NCBI GenBank assembly: GCA_963756875.1
Contig: CAVWPA010000003.1
Span: forward strand, 512,001 to 576,000
Reading direction: 5' to 3'
Origin: an uncultured Verrucomicrobiae bacterium
GTDB lineage: Bacteria; Verrucomicrobiota; Verrucomicrobiia; Chthoniobacterales; UBA10450
DNA length: 64,000 bases
Shown here piece by piece: positions 57,406 to 64,000 of this stretch (position 1 is the stretch's first letter; every line of letters begins with the position of its first letter). The notes under the pieces are model-generated. The model saw nothing but the letters and a program-made list of their open reading frames with translations, was not told the DNA's origin and did not search any database. Made by a program: the position numbers and the translations under genes.

Positions 57406-58860
57406 ATGAAATCGACCGACGCCCTGCTGGAGAGCTGGGGCAGAACCCTCTCATTAAAAAGGGCGGCGCCTGCTATTTTCAACACACGCGGCGGAATCGT
57501 GCGCACGTTTCAGGGGATAGAAACGCGCGCCCGCGAATTCGAACCGAAACTCAGACCGTTTGATGCCGGGAATGTGGTCGCGATCCAAATCGGCAACCAC
57601 GCGGATTGGCCTTCGCTCTTGATCGCCTGTCTGCGCCAGCGGCTTGTCGTTCTCCCGCTCGAGCGGTCGATTAGCGAAGGTGAGCGTCAGGCGGCGCTGG
57701 CAGTTTGCCGCGTGAAAGCTGTAGTGACCACCGTCTCTGGCGGCAAAGAGATCGGAGTTACAGAATTCCTGCCGGGGACCCGCCTTCGCGAGGCTACGGC
57801 GCGGCAAGCGGCGGCCTCTACAAGGGCGGCCACTACGGAAGAGGACTGGCGCGGAAATCCTCCGTCGCTCCTGAAATTAACTTCCGGAACAACGGCTGCT
57901 CCTCGCGCTGTCCGGTTCCGCAGCGAGCAACTGGTTGCCGATTGCGAGAACATTTGCGCGACAATGGGGATCGGCGATGCCGATCTCAATTTCGGCGTCA
58001 TTCCCGTTTCTCACTCGTACGGATTCAGCAACCTGCTGAGTCCGCTGATCGCTCGTGGCGTGCCGCTGGCATTGAGCCAGGACCGCACTCCGCGCGCGGT
58101 GCTGGCCGATCTTGTCCACAGCAACGCGACCGTTTTCCCGGGAATGCCTGTTTTTTACCAGGCGCTTTGTAAAGTAGAAGACGCTCCGGCTCTGCCGAAA
58201 CTGCGGCTCTGCATTTCGGCAGGTGCACCGTTGCCGAGGGCCGTAGCGCAAGACTTTCAGTCGAAATTCAAACTACGGATTCATTCCTTTTACGGTGCGT
58301 CGGAATGCGGCGGTATTTGCTACGACCGCCGGGCGGCAGACGGGAGCGAAGGTTTCGTGGGCGGGCCGATGAAAAACGTTGAGTTGGAGATTGTCGAACC
58401 GGATGCGGCGGCGAGCCAGGTTCGGGTGCGGAGCGCGGCGGCAGGCGACGGTTATTTCCCGGAGCCTGACGAAGAAAAACTCGGCAACGGAATTTTTGTT
58501 CCCGACGATCTGCTGACGCGGGAAGGCCCCGGATTCAAAATAACGGGTCGCATTTCAGACATGATCAATGTGGCAGGGAAAAAAGTAAGCCCGGCGGAGG
58601 TGGAAGCCCGGCTGCTGAGCTTTCCCGGGGTGCGGCAAGCGGTTGTCTTCGGTCGCGACTCCGCCCTGCGCAGCGAGGAAGTGGTAGCGTGCGTCGTGTC
58701 GGAGCCGGGCGTGCGGGAAAGCGATCTACTGGAGATCTGCCGCCAGGAGTTGAGCGCGTGGCAGGTGCCAAAGCGAATCCACATTGTGGATGCGATTCCG
58801 GTAAACGAGCGGGGCAAAATCAGCCGGCGGGCCCTGGCGCGTCAGTTTGCGCTGCAGTAG
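57406..58860 (+). CDS. AMP-binding (ANL) acyl-CoA synthetase-like enzyme
   Basis: [44 protein letters not shown]. Confidence 0.88.
   Translation: MKSTDALLESWGRTLSLKRAAPAIFNTRGGIVRTFQGIETRAREFEPKLRPFDAGNVVAIQIGNHADWPSLLIACLRQRLVVLPLERSISEGERQAALAVCRVKAVVTTVSGGKEIGVTEFLPGTRLREATARQAAASTRAATTEEDWRGNPPSLLKLTSGTTAAPRAVRFRSEQLVADCENICATMGIGDADLNFGVIPVSHSYGFSNLLSPLIARGVPLALSQDRTPRAVLADLVHSNATVFPGMPVFYQALCKVEDAPALPKLRLCISAGAPLPRAVAQDFQSKFKLRIHSFYGASECGGICYDRRAADGSEGFVGGPMKNVELEIVEPDAAASQVRVRSAAAGDGYFPEPDEEKLGNGIFVPDDLLTREGPGFKITGRISDMINVAGKKVSPAEVEARLLSFPGVRQAVVFGRDSALRSEEVVACVVSEPGVRESDLLEICRQELSAWQVPKRIHIVDAIPVNERGKISRRALARQFALQ
57720..57822. repeat. REP doublet with nested 31-bp element, in frame within CDS
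   Basis: Left TGTAGTGACCACCGTCTCTGGCGG; right GCCGGGGAC[31-bp element]GGCGGCCTCTACA. Confidence 0.65.
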
Positions 58861-58936
58861 TCGCGCCCTAAAGGGATGCACCTGCAAAAAAAGTATTTTG
58901 CATTTCGCGAGAAGCAGGCATCTCTAAGCAGCAACA

Positions 58937-61129
58937 GTGAGAGAAGAAACAACCAAACAGGATGCACGGATTCTGGTTTTAGAGCCGGACGAACAGTTGG
59001 CGTCCGCAATTCTAGGCGCCTTAAAGCAGGCCGCGCCCCAGGCACTGGTGCAGATGGCGCACAATCTGGGGGAAGCCCAACAGCTTGTTCTTGGGGTGAA
59101 ACCCGATCTTTTCGTTCTGGATGTCGATGCGACCGAGGATCTTGGGCAGGATTTTCTTTACGATTTACGCACGAGCCACCCCAATGCCCGCGCAATTATC
59201 CTGACCGGCATTCATTTGCCCGGTCATCGCGAACAGGTTTCCGGCCTGGGCGCAATTCATTTTCTCGAGAAGCCATTTTCGCACGCAGATTTTGTTGAGC
59301 TCGTCCAATCGTCGCTGAAGCCCCCGGCCGGCGCGGAGAGCGAAAAGTTCCAGGGGACGCTGCGCGATCTCCATGTCGCCGACATTATTCAGCTGAAATG
59401 CATGAGCGGCACGACATCGGTGGTCGAGTTTACCGGGCCACGCGGGGAAAAGGCGCGGGTTTTCTTCGAGAAAGGCCAGATCCGCCATGCGACTTCTCCC
59501 GGCAGGGAGGGACTGGCCGCATTCAACCAGATCGTGAACTGGAAGGGCGGCACGATTTCGGAAGTTTCGCAGCCGGGGCCGAGCCCGCGCACGATTACGC
59601 AGGACTGGCAGGTGTTGTTGATGGAAGCAGTGCGCAGCATTGATGAGACGAATGCAATCAGCCAACAGAAGGCCACTGGCGGTGCGCCGGGCCGCAAAAT
59701 ACTCGTGATCGACGACAGCCTGATGTTGCTCAGCTTCGTCCAGGAAGTCTTGATAGAAGCACATTACGACGTGACAACGGCGCCGACAGGCGAAGAAGGG
59801 TTGCGGGCCGCGAAAAAAACCATGCCCGACCTGATTTTGCTCGATTTTATTTTGCCGGATATTAAGGGCGACGAAGTCTGCCGAAGGCTGCTGGAAGATC
59901 CGGAGACCGCCGCTTTCCCGGTGCTCTATATGTCCGGATTTACCGCCCATATGCAGCCGGACGCGGCGGGTAGTCCGAATGTGATTGGGTTCTTGAATAA
60001 ACCGTTCACTTCGGATTTGCTTATAAAAACCGTGGAGACCCATATGCCGAAATCACCGGAAGAACCGGACCCAGTCGAACCGCAAGTTTCACCAGGCGAG
60101 CAACAAGCCGACGCGGCGGAATTTCCAGTTGAACAGGAAGCTAATTATCATGAAACAGCCCAGACCGAGCCGGAGCCTGAGGCACCGGTGGAGGCGGCAT
60201 GGTGGAGTGGCGCGCCTTCTCCTGACGAACCGGCGGTGGCCGGTCCGACCGAGCCCTTCGCCCCAATGACCGAGTTCGGGCCGGAGAGCGCGACATCGCC
60301 GGCGAATGTGGAAGAGAATTTGCCCGATGAATCGGTGACAGCAGGGTTTTTTTTCTGCGGTGACACCCGATTTTTCTCACTTCACTGGGCACTGCAGACG
60401 ATTGCGAAAGAAAAACTCACCGGCTGGCTGCGGTCCTTCTGGGAGAGGGAACCGGTTGATCTTCTTGCACGAGACGGGCAGATCGTGATCGCGACTACGC
60501 AAGATGTGGAGTTTTACTGCCCGGAAATACCGATCACGCTGGCCAACGTCGATTCCGAAAAGATTGCCAATGCTCGCAATGAGCAGCGAAAAACAGGCTG
60601 TCCGCTCTTTCTCACACTTGCTGAGGAGAACCTGATTTTGCAGGAACCGGCCGCCCAGCTGGTGCAGCATCACGGACAAAAACTCTTTGCGCAGCTTTGG
60701 AGCGCGCTGCGTGTGCGTTTCGTTTTCAATCAGGGCGATCTGCCATCTTACGCCGACAATATCCCGGGCGAAGCGGACGTCGATCAGTGGGCGCTTGCGA
60801 CGTTGCGCTTGGTTCAATTCCAGGAATTGGGAAACCGCGCGAATTACGATCCCACCTCGATTCCCGCTTATACCAAGGATGGCTACGAGCGCGTGCAGAA
60901 TCTGCGGCTCACCGTGGCCGAGGCGCAGTTTGCCTCGCAATTCAACGGTGCCCGTTCCATTCAACAGATCGCCAAGAATCTGCGGCTCGACTTCAAGTTT
61001 GCACGATTAACGCTGTTCCGCTTTCTGGCGCTCGAAATCATCGAATGCTGGCCCGCCAACACGGCTGCCGGACGGGAAAGCCAGGGCCTTTTCCAGCGCA
61101 TCGCTCATTCCATCGGCATCGGCGAATAG
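58937..61129 (+). CDS. Multidomain response regulator REC-DUF4388-REC-linker-DUF4388-wHTH
   Basis: REC1 (PDLFVLD, LEKPF), FQGTLRDLHVADIIQL, REC2 (ILVIDDS, LILLDFILP, LNKPF), Pro/Glu-rich linker, second DUF4388-like block, C-terminal NGARSIQQIA. Confidence 0.78.
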   Translation: MREETTKQDARILVLEPDEQLASAILGALKQAAPQALVQMAHNLGEAQQLVLGVKPDLFVLDVDATEDLGQDFLYDLRTSHPNARAIILTGIHLPGHREQVSGLGAIHFLEKPFSHADFVELVQSSLKPPAGAESEKFQGTLRDLHVADIIQLKCMSGTTSVVEFTGPRGEKARVFFEKGQIRHATSPGREGLAAFNQIVNWKGGTISEVSQPGPSPRTITQDWQVLLMEAVRSIDETNAISQQKATGGAPGRKILVIDDSLMLLSFVQEVLIEAHYDVTTAPTGEEGLRAAKKTMPDLILLDFILPDIKGDEVCRRLLEDPETAAFPVLYMSGFTAHMQPDAAGSPNVIGFLNKPFTSDLLIKTVETHMPKSPEEPDPVEPQVSPGEQQADAAEFPVEQEANYHETAQTEPEPEAPVEAAWWSGAPSPDEPAVAGPTEPFAPMTEFGPESATSPANVEENLPDESVTAGFFFCGDTRFFSLHWALQTIAKEKLTGWLRSFWEREPVDLLARDGQIVIATTQDVEFYCPEIPITLANVDSEKIANARNEQRKTGCPLFLTLAEENLILQEPAAQLVQHHGQKLFAQLWSALRVRFVFNQGDLPSYADNIPGEADVDQWALATLRLVQFQELGNRANYDPTSIPAYTKDGYERVQNLRLTVAEAQFASQFNGARSIQQIAKNLRLDFKFARLTLFRFLALEIIECWPANTAAGRESQGLFQRIAHSIGIGE

Positions 61130-61159
61130 GCGCCGACGCCGCGATGTCCGCCTGCGGGC

Positions 61160-61852
61160 ATGAAAAAGCATACTCTCGTTATCGACATCGGCGGCACTCA
61201 CGTGAAACTGATGATGTCAAACGGCGAGCAACAGCAATTTGATTCCGGACCAAAAATGCGACCGAAAGAGTTGGTCGCAGGCGTCAAAGAAACGACCAGG
61301 AGCTGGAGATTCGCCGCCGTCTCAATCGGGTTTCCTGCTCCGGTGCGGCAAGGCCGTATTGCCAGAGATCCGAAGCATCTCGGCCCCGGCTGGGTGGGAT
61401 TCAATTTTCGGAGGGCTTTAAAAAAGCCCGTGCACGTGATCAATGACGCCGCCATGCAGGCGCTCGGAAGTTACCGCGACAGGGGACGAATGCTTTTTCT
61501 GGGATTGGGCACAGGCCTTGGCTCCGCTCTGGTTTGGAAACAAACTTTAATGCCCCTCGAGCTCGGCGATCTTCCTTACCGCGACCGCAGGATCATCGAA
61601 GATTATCTTGGCATTCCCGGCCTGGAGTTACTCGGCGAAAAAGGATGGAAACGCGAGGTCCTCTACGCCGTCATGCAGCTGAAGCGGGCTTTCATCGCCG
61701 ATTACATCGTGCTCGGTGGCGGCAATGTGCATCGATTCAAAAAACTGCCCAAAGGGGTTGCGCGGGGCGCAAATGAAAATGCGTTTCGCGGCGGAGTTCG
61801 TCTTTGGGAAACCGAACCGCGCACCGGCAGTTTAACATGGCGCGTGATCTGA
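61160..61852 (+). CDS. ROK-family sugar kinase (polyphosphate glucokinase-like), copy 2
   Basis: VIDIGGT, IGFPAPV, NDAAMQALGSY, LGLGTGLG, ELGDLPY; paralog of 33777..34466. Confidence 0.8.
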   Translation: MKKHTLVIDIGGTHVKLMMSNGEQQQFDSGPKMRPKELVAGVKETTRSWRFAAVSIGFPAPVRQGRIARDPKHLGPGWVGFNFRRALKKPVHVINDAAMQALGSYRDRGRMLFLGLGTGLGSALVWKQTLMPLELGDLPYRDRRIIEDYLGIPGLELLGEKGWKREVLYAVMQLKRAFIADYIVLGGGNVHRFKKLPKGVARGANENAFRGGVRLWETEPRTGSLTWRVI

Positions 61853-62410
61853 AAAATCCGCCGGCTCGTTGAGATTGCGATAAAGCCCGGCGTCCCGATC
61901 CCCAACGCGGAAAACGCTTAACCGTCCCGCTCGCACCAATTTTTTGCTCAGTGTTTGGAACGAAAAGTCGTTTCCAGCCAGGGCCGCGAGCAGATCTTCA
62001 CGGCATTCCGCCGGATAGATCGCCGACAACGGCTCGGCACGGTCTCCGATCGTCGGAATCACGCCGCAGCCCGGCTTGATTTCGTCGCACAACAAGCGCA
62101 GGTGCGCTTCGGTCATTAACGGCATGTCGATGGCGAGAGCAAGGAGATGGTCGCTCCTCATTTGGACAAGCGACGCGGCCAGGCCACTTAACGGCCCGCG
62201 CGATGGCGGATCGTCCGCGACGAACCTGATGTCGCGCGGTCTCCAGATCGGCTCGGTTCGCGCGGAAATAAAAATTTCCGCCGGCTGCAATGCGCGCAAG
62301 AGATCGAGCTGAATTTGCCACAGCGGTTTCCCGCGAAAAAGAAGAGCAGCCTTATCGCTTCCCATCCGGCGCGATTCGCCGCCTGCGAGCAGCACCGCGC
62401 TGATGTTCAT
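61832..62410 (-). CDS. mobA: Molybdenum cofactor guanylyltransferase
   Basis: VLLAGGESRRMGSDKA, GPLSG, IDMP, EPL.AIY, NLNEP.D. Confidence 0.9.
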   Translation of the reverse strand: MNISAVLLAGGESRRMGSDKAALLFRGKPLWQIQLDLLRALQPAEIFISARTEPIWRPRDIRFVADDPPSRGPLSGLAASLVQMRSDHLLALAIDMPLMTEAHLRLLCDEIKPGCGVIPTIGDRAEPLSAIYPAECREDLLAALAGNDFSFQTLSKKLVRAGRLSVFRVGDRDAGLYRNLNEPADFSDHAPC

Positions 62411-62895
62411 CCAACCGATTCGAGAACGCGCGCGGTGGAAGCCATTTTGCCATCGCTTAAAATCTTCGCGCGCAATCCTCCGCGACCCTTGAGAAATTCT
62501 TCCGCGCCTGGCGCAACCGCGCGGTCCATCCAATAACATGGCGCGCATTCCTGGGTGCCGTGGAAACGGACCCCTTGAATTTCAAAATCCTGCCCGATCA
62601 GCTTATTCAGATCGGTATTGCGCGTGAACACATTGCGCCGCACCGAACCTGGCGAACAGTTCTGCACTCCGAGCGCGCCGCAGAGCTGATCGAACACTTC
62701 GAGCGAGAAAAATGTGATCTGCCCTTTGTAATCGTCCTTGAAATCGAAATACCGGTCACCGCGGATTCCTCGACCGGCCACGCATTCGATCATCGGCACT
62801 TCGATTCCCGGATACCGGTCCGGTTCGCGTCCGTGATGGGCCACAAAATTGTGGCCCTGTGAAATATAAAGATGACAGATTTCCACCTCGCTCAT
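62407..62895 (-). CDS. MOSC domain protein
   Basis: GRGIRGDRY, QITFF, RRNV, ECAPC..M, GRGGLRAKI. Confidence 0.88.
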   Translation of the reverse strand: MSEVEICHLYISQGHNFVAHHGREPDRYPGIEVPMIECVAGRGIRGDRYFDFKDDYKGQITFFSLEVFDQLCGALGVQNCSPGSVRRNVFTRNTDLNKLIGQDFEIQGVRFHGTQECAPCYWMDRAVAPGAEEFLKGRGGLRAKILSDGKMASTARVLESVG

Positions 62896-62921
62896 GGTAA
62901 CATCGGGAACCGCCGTTTCAC

Positions 62922-63734
62922 ATGAAAGAAGGAGGAATCGACTCGGGCAAAATCATCACGCGCAAGGGTGACGGCAAGCTGGAATATCATGCCGACGATC
63001 TCACCATCGAGGAACCGCTCGAGATCCGCGTCGGGAGCAAAGTGTTGGCCACGACCATGCGCACCCCGGGCCATGATGACGAACTCGCAGCCGGTTTCCT
63101 GATTTCGGAAGGGATTGTTCGGAAGCTCGATGAAATCGAAAAAATTTCGCCGAGTCGCGACAATGTGGTCAATGTTGATCCTGCCCTGGGCATAAAGCTG
63201 AAGCTGAATTCCACGCAGCGATTTGGAACGATCTCCAGTAGTTGCGGAATCTGTGGCAAAGCCGGGATCGACGCGATTCGCCAGAATTTTCCGCCGATTC
63301 ATTCCGCGAAAAACATTCGGATCGATGTCGACACATTGCTGTCGCTTCCGGAAAAATTACGGGAACGGCAGGGCGACTTTGCGCGCACGGGCGGGATTCA
63401 CGCTGCCGGAATTTTCGATATCAACGGGGGCGAACCGCAATTCGTTCGCGAAGACATCGGCCGTCACAACGCCGTCGACAAGGCAATCGGCCGCGCCCTT
63501 TTCGACGGGCTGCTGCCTTTGGATCGGCATGTTCTCCTGGTCAGCGGCCGTGTATCCTTCGAGATCGTGCAGAAAGCGCTGGCAGCCGGAATTCCGATTA
63601 TCGCCGCCGTTTCGGCGCCGTCCTCACTGGCGGTGAGTTTCGCCCGCGAAAGCAATCAAACCCTGATCGGATTCCTTCGTCCACCCTCGTTCAACATCTA
63701 TTCGCACACGGAACGCGTGATTTTGGAACGCTGA
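62922..63734 (+). CDS. fdhD: Formate dehydrogenase accessory sulfurtransferase
   Basis: EEPLEI, TMRTPG, SSCGICG, TGGIHAA, EDIGRHNAVDK, SGRVSFE, SAPSSLA. Confidence 0.95.
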   Translation: MKEGGIDSGKIITRKGDGKLEYHADDLTIEEPLEIRVGSKVLATTMRTPGHDDELAAGFLISEGIVRKLDEIEKISPSRDNVVNVDPALGIKLKLNSTQRFGTISSSCGICGKAGIDAIRQNFPPIHSAKNIRIDVDTLLSLPEKLRERQGDFARTGGIHAAGIFDINGGEPQFVREDIGRHNAVDKAIGRALFDGLLPLDRHVLLVSGRVSFEIVQKALAAGIPIIAAVSAPSSLAVSFARESNQTLIGFLRPPSFNIYSHTERVILER

Positions 63735-63761
63735 GCTCAATTGGCTCCGCTCAAACGCGAG

Positions 63762-63824
63762 TTGTCGGCCGTCTGTGTCAGACGGCATTTGCTTAGACCG
63801 GCGTCTGACACAGACGCCCTACAA
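63762..63824. repeat. REP doublet after fdhD
   Basis: TTGTCGGCCGTCTGTGTCAGACGGC ... GGCGTCTGACACAGACGCCCTACAA. Confidence 0.7.
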
Positions 63825-64000
63825 TTGATCTTGTTGCTTCCCCAGCAGGCAAACCGCAGACCATGGACGATTCGCGCGAAACCGGGTTGGCGAGATTTTC
63901 GCGATGAGACGCAGAAAGAACGGCAGCCGGTGTATTTCGGCTGCCGCGTGGAGAATTGGATGCGCCTCTTCAGGCTTCCAACCACAGTGTGTGAAAAATT

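Noticed and set aside
63825..64000. Possible gene or RNA at the right window edge
   Set aside because: No recognisable motif, and too short to support a call.

Overview
GC-rich bacterial chromosome segment. Gene content and repeat style suggest Verrucomicrobia (Chthoniobacterales/Spartobacteria-like); this is an inference. I recognised no rRNA, tRNA, CRISPR array, integrase or transposase. In order: (1) 3' end of a class II ribonucleotide reductase and an acyl-CoA dehydrogenase. (2) A ~15-kb surface-glycosylation island (2.7-17.4 kb) with two polyprenol-phosphate-sugar synthase-like GT2s, a GT4, a flippase-GT9 fusion, a methyltransferase and four GT-C-type membrane glycosyltransferases (two with TPRs, one clearly TMTC-like). 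These surround two near-identical tandem type IV pilin genes; both pilins and the Dpm1-like GT2 carry matching sigma-54 promoters. This is the best candidate for an undescribed system: pilin glycosylation by TMTC/PMT-like enzymes. (3) ilvC, a TPR protein and a frameshifted uvrA. (4) A phosphate/polyphosphate supercluster: stand-alone HisKA-like protein, phoB, phoR, pstSCAB, phoU, ppk1, ppgK-like, sixA, CHAD, CYTH and two Pho boxes. (5) An amidoligase cluster: ATP-grasp, two YbdK-like ligases, M29 aminopeptidase, second ATP-grasp-like ligase, with two esterases nearby. (6) Housekeeping genes (accA, nfo, murA, prmC, prfA, rpmE, mobA, fdhD) and a REC-DUF4388-REC-DUF4388 regulator. Intergenic regions are dense with several palindromic repeat families, two of which sit inside coding sequences. 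Several single-base frameshifts are probably sequencing or assembly errors.
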